Of a DNA stretch of 64,000 nt, positions 1-14,665 are shown one piece after another. Made by a program: the position numbers and the translations under genes. Origin of the DNA: the human T2T-CHM13v2.0 reference genome, Homo sapiens; NCBI RefSeq assembly GCF_009914755.1, contig NC_060932.1. One strand, 5' to 3'. How positions within the stretch are numbered: position 1 is the stretch's first letter; every line of letters begins with the position of its first letter. Under the pieces are notes generated by a model that worked only from the letters and a program-made list of their open reading frames with translations, searched no databases and was not told the origin of the DNA.

Positions 1-690
1 ATCCAGAATCTGATCTCCTATTAACACGAACGCTGTCATCATTCTGTTTCAAGCGATGATCATTATCACAGTGGTCTTCAAGGTGATTTTCAGCTTCTGC
101 CTTCATCTTCCTACAACTTGTTGTCAAACACAGTAGCCAAAAAAAATCTTTAAAAACATAATTTAGATTACTTTATAGTTAATGTTCTCCAACGTTTCTT
201 ATATCCATTAAGATAAAAGCCCAAATCATTAAAATGGGCCGTATTACAATAGCTCAAAAGGATTGCTTCCCACCCCCGTATTGCACTGTCTCAGACCTCC
301 TCCTTTTCTGTTATTCTTCCCTCCTTTCTGGTCACTGAACTCTTCTCTCTGTCTTGCTGTTCCCTATGCCTGGAATGTTCTGTCTTCACATCTCTTTATC
401 TCCTTCAGATCTTTGCTTTCTTCTCACTGAGGATTTTACTAACCATTCTTTTTAAAATCATAATCATTCACTACACCCTGACACCTCTTCTCCTATCTTG
501 CTTTATTTTTTCCATATGTAACACAATCTGATATGCTAAAAATGTATTTCATTTATTTATTGACTGTCCCCTTACCCACATTAAATGAAAAGCTCCTTCA
601 GAGCAGGCATTTTAGCCTATTCAGTTAACTGTATATCCCCAACATGGAAAAAGGAGTTGGCACATGGTAGGTGCTCAGCAAATATTTGGA
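1..690 (+). mobile_element. L2 LINE 3' fragment (L2a-like)
   Basis: Typical L2 3' motifs: gctgttccctatgcctggaatgttct, aagctccttcagagcagg, ggcacatggtaggtgctcagcaaatatttg. Confidence 0.7.
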
Positions 691-893
691 CTTTCCTTAA
701 TAGCTAGAAATTACAACATATCACAAATTATTGCAATTTAGAAACACTGAATTCTAATGAATTCATAATTTACAAATGATTTTTCAATTAACACTTAGCC
801 TTTTAGTTAATAAATGGAGGTCATGTTGAAAACTGATCTCTGAAGACACCCCTGAATCTCGCCTTATCAACGTTGTTATTAGAAAATAAGATA

Positions 894-1184
894 GGCCAGG
901 CGCGGTAGCTCACGAGTATAATCCCAGCACTTTGGGAGGCCGAGGTGGGCGGATCATGAGCTCAGGAGTTCAAGACCAGCCTGGCCAAGATGATGAAACC
1001 CGGTCTCAAAAAAAAAAAAAAAAGCTAAGTGTGGTGGCACTTGCCTGTAATCCCAGCTACCTGGGAGGCTGAGCCAGAGAATTGCTTGAACCCAGGAGGC
1101 AGAGTTGCAGTGAGCCAAGATCGTGCCACTCTACTCCAGCCAGAGCAACAGAGTGAGACTTCATCTAAAAAAAAAGAAAAGAAA
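894..1184 (+). mobile_element. Alu (AluS-like)
   Basis: Dimeric Alu with A tail. TSD agaaaataagata (881-893) / agaaaataggata (1185-1197). Confidence 0.97.
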
Positions 1185-1269
1185 AGAAAATAGGATAAAT
1201 ACATAAAATTCAAAAATTATCTATCACACAAAACCGAAGAAGTTATCATGGTAAAAATTGTTGATGATT

Positions 1270-1780
1270 TATTCGTACTCCATTAATCTCTTCTTTCTTC
1301 CCAACATAGGCACCATTTTATTCAAAGAATGGTGACTCTATTCTTGCCTACAGATGTGGATATAATTAGTCTAAGAAAGATTCTATTTCTTTGCCAGAGA
1401 TGTTCCAAAATGGGCACATCATCCTAATCTGATCAGTGAGACATTGGATGAGATTTGCTGGAAGCTTCTAGGAAAATCTTTAACTTCTAAAGGAGAGCCA
1501 TAGAAAGCTTCTCTTGCCTTCCTGTATGTGATCAAGAAAGCAGTAGCTCTGATTTTACTTGGCAGCTGCCATAGAATCATGAGAGTACATTATTTCATGA
1601 CTAATCTGTAGGAAGCACATCAGAGAGGAAGAACAAACCTGAAACTCTGATGACAGTGTTAAAGTCCTGCATCAATAAATTTTGAAGCTCACTCAATCTC
1701 TACCTTAATGAACTAAGTTTCCTTATTTTAGTAAGTTTTACAGAGGTAGTTGGTACCTGGAGCTAAAGGCATTCTAATTG
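1270..1780 (+). mobile_element. Ancient ERVL-type solo LTR (LTR16/LTR33-like)
   Basis: Degenerate motifs gagatttgctggaagcttctaggaaaa, ctctgatgacagtgtt and a terminal ggagctaaaggcattctaat. Confidence 0.5.
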
Positions 1781-1859
1781 TGAGAGCTAAAATATAAGCC
1801 ATCAGAGAAAATTCTGAAAAATTTCTAACACACCAGTATTACAGGACAAAATTCACAGA

Positions 1860-2130
1860 AGCAAATTTAGCAAGAAATTTAAATTTCAACATATACATTA
1901 CCAATCAGTTACCTAAAGGTAGGAGTGACCAGACTTAATAGCATTCACGTCAAAAGTATTTAACAGCTTTTATTGATGTAAACTGAATATAAACCAGCAA
2001 AGAGATGCAACTGTAATAAATTCAGCTATAATCTAAGGCCAAATTAATAGAAATATAATCAATACAGAATAATTTCTGGACCTTCATAATTCATGCACAG
2101 GGCAATACTTCATTGGAAAGTAAATTTTAA
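1860..2130 (+). mobile_element. L3/CR1 LINE fragment
   Basis: aaactgaatataaaccagca...gatgcaactg...ataatctaaggccaaattaatagaaat resembles the CR1 ORF2 3' region. It appears to resume at ~2730-2835 and ~3585-3930. Confidence 0.5.
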
Positions 2131-3005
2131 AAATAAAAATCATCAAGCAATTAAAAGTGATTTAAAGGAAGCCCAGTCCTCTCTTGTACCTTTGCATTTA
2201 AACATTGGAGGGGATTCATTTCAAATAAAGTACTTCCTAAAGTCATATTTTCTCATACCTGTCTTGCTAAACCTCTTTGAGTCTTCACCTGCTTAGAAGT
2301 CTCTATTCCTTTTCCCTCTTAGGCTTATTCTTATTTCTAATTTCCCTTCTACACTCCTCAATGTCTCTCTTAATTCTCACTCTCTCCTCTCCTACTCCTA
2401 TATTATTATTCATATTTTCTATTTATTAGTAATTCAATCTTTTCAATAAAAAATCTGTCACCATTGAAAATGCTTAGGTTAGATTATGTCTCCTCCATCT
2501 CCTCTCTACTGATTAGTTTTATTAATACAATAAAATTATTTACTGACAAGAAAGAAGGAAATGTGGAAAAAAATTGTCAAAATAGATGGAATAACCAGCA
2601 TGACTATTCAGAGCTAGATAGCTTTGGGAACTATTTCAATAATATCCAGTTTAAGGGATGGTAATTCCTTCATATCCTGAGACTCTAATGTTTCCTTTGG
2701 AGAATATAATATTCCATTTTCAGTATCATATCTTAACAGGGATATTAAAATATTAGTGAATATTCAAGAAAAAGTGATGTGATGCTGTATCAGTATGTTT
2801 AATAAGAAATGATGGAAGACACTGGAAAGGCTTGCTTTAGAAAAGTGCTTTGTGTTAGAGTTTTCTGCTATAATGAAAATCTTCTGTGGTGTTCAGCATT
2901 GTAGCCATTAGTATCAAGTGGGTATTGAATTCTTGAAATATGGCCACCGTAACTTTTAAATCTTATTTAATTTTATTTTATTTACATTTACATGGAAATA
3001 ACCAC

Positions 3006-3539
3006 TATATAACTCAAGAGTTTCACCAGAGAAACAATACAGTAGGATATGTAGCTCACTATCTATCTATCACCTATCTATCTATATCTATCTATCCACC
3101 TACGTATGTATGTATCTATGTATGTATGTATGCATGTATCTATATACCTATGCATCTATCTATGTATCTATCCATCTATATATGTATGTATGTATGTATG
3201 TATCTATGTATCTATCTAGAGCTTTACTGCAAGGAATTGGCTTATATTGGGGGCTGGCTAGGCAAGTTAAAAACCTATAAAGAAGGGCTGTTTGGAAACT
3301 CCTGGGCAGGAGTTAAAGCTGCATTCCACAGCACAATCTGTTCTTCTCCAGGGAAACCTCATTTCTGCTCTTCAAACCTTTCAACTGATTAGATGAGGCC
3401 TAAACATATTATCCCAAGATAATCTCCCTTACTTAACCATATTTGCAAAATACTTTCACAGTAACACCTAGATTAGTGTTTGATTGAATAAGTGATAGCT
3501 AAAGCCTAACTAAATTGACACATAAAACTAACCATCATA
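3006..3539 (-). mobile_element. MLT2 (MLT2D-like) ERVL solo LTR
   Basis: Ends in ttgacacataaaactaaccatcata (reverse complement of the MLT2 start TGTGATGGTT...). Degenerate 5-bp TSD accac/gccat. Confidence 0.85.
3059..3218. repeat. Compound (TCTA)n/(TATG)n microsatellite
   Basis: Visible directly, inside the MLT2 LTR. Confidence 0.9.
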
Positions 3540-5328
3540 GCCATATAGGTTGGTGGCTACCATATTGGACAGTGTGGGTCTAGAAAAAAGGAAATTGAGG
3601 TTGGGCATGACAGATGACACTACATATTAAAATAACAGTGATAAAAATTGGGAACAGCTTTATATGTTCTGATAGTGGATTGGATGCACAAACCTAAAGG
3701 TTGAAACATCCTCTTCAAATTATTGAGAGAAAGAATTAATAGTCTTAAAATATCCAAAATTAGAATAGATCACCTGGCAAAATATTGAGCCCCTAGTTCC
3801 CAGAATTCAGAATGGGTGATTATAGGAAGAATTTTTTTACCCAGTATGGAATGGCTACCTGTCTTGGATGTTGAAGAAGGAATTATTTTAATGGGCTGGG
3901 CTTGAGCTATAACATTTTAAGACTCCATAATTTTCAGAGGTATAGAATCAAAAAGCTTAAATATATATAGGCAGACTTCCAATCAGGAAGTTATATGTAG
4001 GAAAAAGTTGAAATATGACTCTTTTTGGCATGCCTCCTTAGATGACAGGCTTGGGTTAAACATTTGTGAAACAAGGCAAGATATATAATAAAGAGATGAT
4101 ATGTTATTTCAAAGTTGAACATTGATAATGACTTACTTTCACTCTTACCTCAAAGCATGACACAGCACAATGAGACTGGTTAGTTTGGTAAGAAAGTAGA
4201 TTTTGCAATCAAACTTAGACTAAGCTGAAATTAAAGGTATTATTTTTTCCTATAAATTGTAACAATAGCACACACAAAATGATGCTATAAAGTTTGCCTT
4301 AGTGCTCTGCGATTCTTTCACTTCTGCTTCTTGTAATTTTGTCACCATATTCCACATAAAACAAGCAAAATTCTAATTCTTCTTGTCTTGTTAAATCTTC
4401 TCTCAAGAAAGAACTTGAAACTCATTCATATACAAAACAGATGTGACTAATAATAGATTAAAATGTAATATTTTCTCTGCAATTTCAAGGTTTGATATAC
4501 TGAAGTCTAATTATTGTATTTTGTAAATGATAATGTAGTGAGGTTCAGTAAAGAAAAATACATGGTGTATTTAAGATTAGGCAGTTGTTTACTAGTTGAG
4601 CCAGGGCTGGAACATAAGCCCCCCACTCACCATACCATATGCCCTTTCAACTACACTAGCTTTTAAGGTGATTATGTTGTATCAGAGATTAAAAAATACA
4701 AGTGAATAAATCCTCTTTCAAAAATGTATGTCTTTAGCAAGCAGGCAAGGGCTACATTTTAGGAAGGAAGTCTCTGGGCATTGAGTGAATCATCCTTTTG
4801 CTCCTGCCATCACACTATGCTGGATAGTTACTTCTTTCTTAAGATACATCTGTGAATCAAAATAGATGTACATACACAGGTTTTTCTTCCAATTTTCTGT
4901 GCTGCCTTAGTTGGTAGTTGGTAGGACAGGCTGGTTGGAAGAGTGAGGGTGGGGGAGCTCTTCAGTGGGGATTGAAGCATCCACAGTTAAGCAATGGTGG
5001 AAAGATCCATGAAATTGGCAATACTCAAGCCATTCTACAGAAATTCAAATTATGATACTTGGGGGATGGAGATTAGGTGATTTTTTTGTTTGTCCTTGCT
5101 CCAAATGAAGAGGTAAATCCAAATGCTGGAATATCAGCAGGGTTAGGCTTGTGTCCAGAAAACCCTGTTCAGGCCCGATTAGAATTCAAAGCCACAGGAA
5201 TCTTGGGGAGTGTGTAAAGGGCTATTTAGTATGCAATGTTCACTAGAGTGTGTAAGACAGCCAAAGCTGTTCAGTTTATACTTCATCAGGAATTACCTCC
5301 TGTGTTCTCCTGCTCACAGCTGTAGAAT

Positions 5329-5471
5329 ATTTTCTTCTCCTTCTTTCTTTTTTTCTTTACCTCCCTCCCTCCCTTTCTGCCTCCCTCCCAACCCCCTTTC
5401 TTTCCTTCTGTTCTTCCCTACCTCCCACCCTTTCTTCCCTCCTTCCTTCTTTCCATCCTTCCTTTTGCTTT
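5329..5471. repeat. Polypyrimidine (CCTT/CCCT)-rich low-complexity tract
   Basis: About 140 nt, almost entirely C/T. Confidence 0.85.
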
Positions 5472-5508
5472 AAGGGTTTCTGTATCTACTATGGAATTAT
5501 ATAATTAT

Positions 5509-5556
5509 ACACACACACACACACACACATATCACACACACACATACACACACACA
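5509..5556. repeat. (CA)n microsatellite
   Basis: Interrupted CA run. Confidence 0.9.
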
Positions 5557-6014
5557 ATCTTACAAGTGGAATAGAAGAATACAAGTAAAGACTAAAGAGA
5601 AGAGACTAAAATCTTACTTCATACCATTCATGCTTCCCACCTTAATTTAACTTATTTTAGAGCTCCTATTTTCATAGTAAATACTTTGTCTATGAAATTG
5701 ATTATTGCCTATAGCTTGGGGTTCTCAGATTTTGTTCTATGACTTGTACCTGAAACCTGTGCAATCCTGGGACAAGTCTCTTGACATTCTGATGTCCTGT
5801 ACTCTCTTGAGTTCATATTACGGGCAATCAAGAGAAGGTGTATAAAAGAATCTAGAAATATGCAGATATATTTCTGATAAACACATTGCTACTTTATGAA
5901 AACAAATTTCATTTTGCATTTGAGGAGGATACACTTATATATAGAATACTTTCTTTTCTCATTAATTGGCAGGTTAAAATATCACAGATATTTGATTTAC
6001 ATTTGGGAAATTAA

Positions 6015-6701
<687 letters not shown>

Positions 6702-6885
6702 ATCTATAGCATCTTTTAATCCATAGCACTTACTTAAATTTCACAGGATATTAAATTAATGTAACTCACTTTTGGAAATTCTGGCCTACAAGAAAGATTT
6801 GAAGAAGCCTGTTGAATGGTGAGGTTATAGGTTAGTACCATTTTGTTGTTGTACTTTATAAATTATTTGCATTGAATACAAACCA

Positions 6886-6957
6886 GTTTTGCAACATGAG
6901 AAAATGGAGTAGAAATCTCTTGTTTTGCAACATGAGAAAATGGAATAGAAATCTCTC
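6886..6957. repeat. 36-bp tandem duplication
   Basis: gttttgcaacatgagaaaatgga(g/a)tagaaatctct x2. Confidence 0.92.
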
Positions 6958-8471
6958 TTGTGATTCAAACTTGAGCTCATGTCCCTTAAGTCCTCCAAGG
7001 CCCATCATATCACCTTCCCTGGTTTTGCACAGCCTTTGATTTCCTTACATCCCCTAACCTCTTAGAGTTAAGATGCTAAGGGAATCCTGCACTTCAGCTT
7101 CCTTTGTCATGCGTCAAAAGGAAACTGTGATCTCAAGGTAAAACACACTGAAACTTAATCAGCCATTTATGCCTGGGACAGACTTATACATTAACATTTT
7201 TCTTTTAACTAGCTCTGGAAATGAAGAAAAAATATTTTGACCACAGGTGAAGAGGGTTGAATCAATTACTCCTCTCAGCTCATTGGCACAGGGTTGTTAC
7301 TGACCAGCCCCCTCTCATCCACATATCACCTTCTGTTTAGAACACTCTTGTGCAGGGTAACCTTTTGTAAGAATCCAGAGCCTTCTGTGGTCTCTCCACA
7401 ATCCAGCTGTCAGATCCCAAGCTCCTCATTGATGACTATTCCAGCCCATGTAGGTTGGTTTACTAGATGGAGCTCCAACATCCTTTGTATTTTGTGGCAT
7501 CTAAAACTTTCTCTTTTCCCCCTCCGTTTTGTTCATCTTTTCTTCTATCCTCTCCTCTTCTCCACCTATATTATCTGTTTATCTTATAATATCAAATTCA
7601 AGTCCCGCATTTATCCCACACATTATATCTCTTTGATCTGTCCAATTGTGCCAGTAGGAAAGGTCTACCTATAATGATCTGTGTTAAATAACTACACACA
7701 CTCACACACACACACACAGACACACACTTGCACATGCAAATTATATGGGCTATTTTCCTCTGTCAAATAAACTGGCTTGCTCCTAATCCCAGGTGAGGGG
7801 GCAGGCACTCTCCCTATGATGGTTCAGCATGTGTTTGCTATGTGACATTTGCCCTGTATGTATTTGCTATATGACATTATCTCCTGTGCTTCTGTGAAAT
7901 GTAATTTCAATTGCTGGAGTTTTGCCAGCTTATCGCTGCCACTAGCCAGTGGGGACACCTCACAGAAAGGACTATAGATAAGCCGATCAAAGAACAAAGC
8001 ACAGAAGACTTATAAATAGGAAGTTCTACATCCTGTAGAGGCCAAAGAGGTCAATCCTCACAAAAATCCTCTGGCATTAATCAATTGTCAGGCACTGCGT
8101 TGTAATCAAGAGTTGGCTTGCAAATAAAAATAAATAAAGTAATAGAACTTGTAAGAAGAATTGGCTTGGACTCAACAGGCTGCGACCTCAGAAGCCAGTA
8201 AGAACTTTGGACCAGGATATTCTCCAAATACAGCCAGAGTAACAGGTTGAAATACAGAAGTCCTTCCATTGATTCTGCCACATTTATCTCATTCTCATTG
8301 TTTAACCTAAAAGATATCTTCTACTATTAGACATCAAAGTTCGAGTGGTTACCTGTATGGGCAGGGTGGCAGTTTTCACACATCCTGGAAAGAGAATATT
8401 GAGATTTATTCTTTAGTCACTGTGTTTAATTGAGAGATTCTTGAACCCCGATTTAAGAAAAAACAGAAGCT

Positions 8472-8818
<347 letters not shown>

Positions 8819-9390
8819 CTAAGTCAGTAACACAACTACAAGAGCTAAATAACCGGGCAGCCTCTAAAAAGAGTCCTTAGAAAGTATGGCCTAGGAAGAG
8901 AACTCCAGACCTTTTGCATCCCTTGAACAAATATCCTGTATGTATTGGAAACATATGTTCGACATCAGATTTAGAATTTGTTATACTGTCAACAGCCCTG
9001 GGAAAGGAACTCTGAATTTTATCAAGAAAAGTCAGAGAGAGAAACCTCATGGTCCTCAAAATGGTTAACAGACAAGAAATCAGACCTGGTCACTTCCAAT
9101 CCCTTATGTATTTTCTGTGTTTAGCCATTTCTATTATGAACTTAGTTTCCTGGAATTCATTATCCATTTGTCTTGTGGACACACTCAGTCTGTGATCCCC
9201 AAACCTAGGTAAACCCAACTTCTATGTACTTTCTTTTAACCTCAAATACTATGTCCAAACAGAATGAATCACTCTGGCCCATTCTGGCCCATTCTGCTCC
9301 TCCTAGAGACTTCCTTATTATTCTAAATGGTGCTACCATCCTCACTCTTGACTTTGTATAGCTCAGCATCCTGCCTAACCCCCTCCTTCA

Positions 9391-9876
<486 letters not shown>

Positions 9877-12150
9877 TCAGATGAGTGTAAAAGGGAGTAA
9901 TTTTAAAAAGACATACTGCCATGCAAATAAATCACAATATTTAGACCTTCCTTCTACACAATGATGGCAGGGGCTGAAGCAGGTGCAAAGGAGAGCGATT
10001 ATCTTCGCTTACAGCCTGACTGACAGTCATAGAATTCATTGATTCTTTTGTATGACAAGTTACAAAGAGGATGGCTGTACTGAATATTTGCTCCTTGCAA
10101 ATGTACAACATGGAATCTTGAAATGAGGCTTTGGCAGAACCATGGTGCAGAATCTTGTGCATTAATCAAACATAGCAGTTTCCTTGTTGCACCTAGCTCT
10201 CTGCTATTCTCCCAGAAAGTCAAAGTGCAAGCTGCCACAAAGCTATAGCCATCCCACCAACTTGACAAAAAGAGTGAATACATTTCAGTTACAAGGCAGC
10301 AGGGGCTACCTTCCTAGCAAGTCAGAAGTTTGGGAGCTGTTGAGCCCTCCTCATCTTAGAGTCTGTGCCCAGAGAGGACCCTTGGGTCAGACTCTTTTCT
10401 GCTGTAGTTGTTGTTTATCTTCCTGTGTGTTTATGCAAAGACAGGTGGGCTTGACTCGTGCACCACTGCAATTAATCTGGAAAAAGGACAAAATCAAATT
10501 TCAGGCTGTGCAGCTGGTTACATAATCTTCTGGAGCCCATAATCAGTTTTCTTTCTTTTCTTTTTTTTTTTTTTTCCAAATTTCCCAGGGTTAAGGTAAG
10601 ACCCAGGCACAGAGCAGCAAATCCAAGGCACTACTCAGTGATATCACTGAATCTTAGAGATGGAAGGAAGCTCAAGAAATTGAACAGACAACTCCAGCCC
10701 CCAAACGTTCCCTGGACTGGCATGCTAAACCAGAACCTACTATGACGATTTGGAATTCTGAAAAGCCTCACCTCTGATTCTCTAAACCTGCAATGATTTA
10801 AATAAAGCCCCAGACTATTCTGCAGAAAAGTATCTGCTAGAGTTTCATTCCCATAAATCTTGAACTCTTCCCACGGTAGCTGGAGAATTAGTAGTCCATC
10901 AGAAGAGGTAAAATTTATGAACCTCTTCGAGCTCACCCCAAGTACCAAAGAGAGGGGAAGTAATTCAATGAATAGCAAACTCCTTCTCAAAATTTGCCCT
11001 GAGGTTGGGAATTCTTCTGGGTGAAGGGACAGGGGTTCCCTTTGGGATTGAGCTGAGAAGATGGAGTTCTTACCCAGTTAGGCTGAGTGTAAGTTGGTAG
11101 CACAGAAATGAGTGTCTCATTGCTCATGCAGAAAAGTGCTGCCTGTGATACTGTTTATTCTAATGACCTTCACACTGAAGGGCTGTTAGTCTGCAAATGT
11201 GATACTTTCTTATCCAAAATGTGGCAAAATACTGGTGTGGAGCAAGAACTGGAACTCATTCTCCTTTGAAAAGTAATCAAATTCACAACATCCTTTAAAA
11301 TAAATACACAGAAGAAACCAAGTTTTAAATAGGCATATGTTTGCCTAGAAGCAAAATAAAACATTTGAGTTTTCCCTCTCTCTGTGCCTAATTCAAATTT
11401 TGCTTGGCAGTGTTCAGATCCCACGGAGGTAACCTCCAAAGATTTTAATGTACTAGAAAGGAAGCTTTAAGAGTAATGATCCAGTTTCTCAGCTGGCAAA
11501 TATTTTCTGACTCTGGACAGACCTCCCCTGATTCAGACCCTTCTGCTCACTGAAACAGAAGCATGATGGGTTCCAGTTTTGCGCTTTGGTCTGGGGAGGT
11601 GGCAGCCACACTGTTGCTCCAAGGCAGCTGTTAGCTCTTGAATTTACTTGGCAAGTGGCTGCCAACACAAGGTGCTGGGATAGATTTCATAGTACCCGCC
11701 ACCACTTTATTCAATGCACAGCAGGCAAAGCTGAAGCATGCAGAGTCTCTGTAAAATGAGGCTTGCCAATCCCCACGTGTCTTTTGGCTCCTAGAAGCAA
11801 GCTGATTGATCATTAAGAGGACTGTCTGCTTTTTCCCATTTCACTCCCTGCTTTGGGATGTCTCCCCACAAAACTGCCTACAGTAAAAGTTCCTAAAAAT
11901 ATTTCAAACACATGCATCAAATTTGGCAGAATTGGGGAAGTCAGTAATGACCCCTATTTTCCCAGCACTTATAAGCTCCCCTCCACATACACACACATGC
12001 ATACACATGCAACACACACACTCCCCCAGGAACAGTTGTAATGCACTCTTTTATAGACCATCATACTCATTGAGCTTTTGTTCGGGAATATTAGTGCAGA
12101 TGCCAGTAGGAAGCTCCAGGAAGGAAAGACAAATAAAAGATTCCATCCTA

Positions 12151-12515
<365 letters not shown>

Positions 12516-12599
12516 TTACCATTTTAGATCTAAATTTTACAAACTTTTGTGTGTGCATGTGAGTGTGTGTGTGTGTATACATCGATACACACATATATA

Positions 12600-13299
12600 A
12601 ATAAGCTCCTTGACTTACAAGGGGAGTTCTTACATCCTGATAAACTCAACATACATTGAAAATGTTGTAAGTTGAAAAGGCATTTAATACACCTAATATA
12701 CCAAACATCATAGCTTAGCCTAACCTATCTTAAATGTGCTCAGAACACTTATATTAGCATACAGTTGGGCAAAATCATCTAACATAAAACCTGTTTTATG
12801 CTAAAGTTTTGAACATCTTATGTAATTCATTGAATACTGAAAAAGAAAAACAGAATAGGTGTATGGGTACTCACCATTAATGTACACAGTTGAAAGCACA
12901 TTGGGCCTGAAGAATGATTGAAGCATTGGGCTAAAATTAATTGCTGGATGGTGGGGGCGCTACAACAACAGAGTCATCAATTTCTGTCTGTTCTGATAAA
13001 GTTCAAGAATCCTTCGTAGAAGGCATGGGGGCATCAACACTTGTTGATGGTTTAGCAGGTATAGCATCCTTTAGAAAGATGCCAAGTATTAGTTGTTCAC
13101 TCTCCTGATCGCGTGATTGACTGGAATCTGTGGCTCACAGCAGCTGCCCAGCATTAAAAGAGAGTATCCTACTACTAGTCTGGGAAAAGACTAAAATCCA
13201 AAACTCTAAGTATGGTTTCTACCGAAGGCATTTTTTTTTTTTGCATCATCATAGAGTAGAAAAATTGTAAGTCAAGCCATCGTAAGTCAAGACCATCTG
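12600..13299 (+). mobile_element. MER47/Tigger5 (TcMar-Tigger) DNA transposon, internally deleted
   Basis: TIRs gctccttgacttacaagg ... ccatcgtaagtcaagaccatctg, with a TA flank. Body catttaatacacctaa...catcatagcttagcc matches MER47A as recalled. Confidence 0.85.
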
Positions 13300-13304
13300 T
13301 ATAT

Positions 13305-14665
13305 ATATTTTAAATAATGTTATACAGTGGTAATACATATTCAATGCCATAAAAATTAAGAGGACCAAAATGAAGAAAAATCCCCCTACTGTCTAGAAAT
13401 TACCACTAGACATATGTGTATGATTATGACAGCAGTTAGACCAATCATCCCCAATTTTTTGTCTATAAAATTTTGTTTCCACTTTTTTTATTAAAATATG
13501 TCATGAAATTTTCTCCTGTCACACAGAATAGTTTTCATTGTATTTGGAATTACTACACAGCTTTTGATAATATGGATGTGTCATAAGCCACTTTAGTCAC
13601 ACCTACTGTTGGATATTTAGTAGCTTCCAAATTTTTACCATCATAATTTATACTGTGATAATTTTTCTTCTCTCTCTCTGTCTGTGTGTGTGTTTATGTG
13701 TGTGTATACATACATATATATGTATACACTATATATATGATGAATACCATAGAACCATACATATATATATGTATACACACCCATATACACACACACTTAT
13801 GAACTGTAGTACATAAAATGCTCATTTCTCAGTACTCTTAGAAACACATAATATTATAATATAGCATAATCTTTTTCAGATTCCTAAGTGAAAAGTATAA
13901 ATTTTGAGGTCAGTGTATATTTCTTATTAGGAGTAAGTTTGAATGGTTTTTCAGGTCCCTAACATACATGTTTCTGTGTTTATATATTTCCTTTTTGGTT
14001 TATAGCACATTTCTCTATTACCAGTTTTTTTCTTCAAATTATATGTAAGAACTTGATATATATTAAGAATATACATTTTTCTTTTACATATTTTGCTGTT
14101 TTTTCAAGCTTACCATTTGTCATTTAACATTTTAATGTACACTTGACAATGCATCATTTTTAATTAGACAGTGATAGAGTGAAGAATATTGACCTTTACC
14201 TTTACATCTCCAATCTTTGATATTGTGCTTAGAAAATCCTTTCCAATCTCCAGGCCTGGTGGCTCACGCCTGTAATCTCAGCACTTTGGGAGGCAAGAAG
14301 GGTGGATCACGAGGTCAGGAGTTCGAGACCAGCCTGACCAACACAGTGAAACCCCATCTCTATGGAAAATACAGAAATTAGCCGGGCATGGTGGCACATA
14401 CCTGTAATCCCACCTAGTCAGGAGGCTGAGGCAGGAGAATCGCTTGAACCTGGGAGGCAGAGGTTGCAGTAGGCCGAGATTGTGCCCACTGCACTCCAGC
14501 CTGGGCCACAGAGCAAGACTCCATCTCAAAAAAAAAAAAAAAAGAAAAAAGAAAACCCTTCCTAATCACATTTTACAACCATTTCCTAGACTTTTAGATA
14601 CTTTAATGTGTTTTAATTTTAAATATTTTGAACAACTAAAATATTCTTGAGTATAAGATAAGCTT
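13305..14665 (-). mobile_element. Old L1M (L1ME-like) 3' fragment interrupted by a microsatellite and an Alu
   Basis: Antisense L1 motifs ctactgttggatatttagtagcttccaaattttt and gcttagaaaatcctttccaa. Confidence 0.6.
14250..14549 (+). mobile_element. Alu (AluS-like)
   Basis: Full dimer. Degenerate TSD agaaaatcctttccaatctc / agaaaacccttcctaatcac. Confidence 0.96.

Larger units (their letters stand above)
2843..3577 (+). mobile_element. MER3-like hAT-Charlie MITE, split by an MLT2 LTR
   Basis: Left half gtagccattagtatcaagtgggtattgaattcttgaaatatggcc; right half ggtggctaccatattggacagtg. Flanks ctttagaa / gtctagaa resemble the Charlie NTCTAGAN target. Confidence 0.8.

Noticed and set aside
2940-3392. 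150-aa ORF rich in YLSI/CMYV
   Set aside because: It is a translation of a tetranucleotide microsatellite inside MER3/MLT2.
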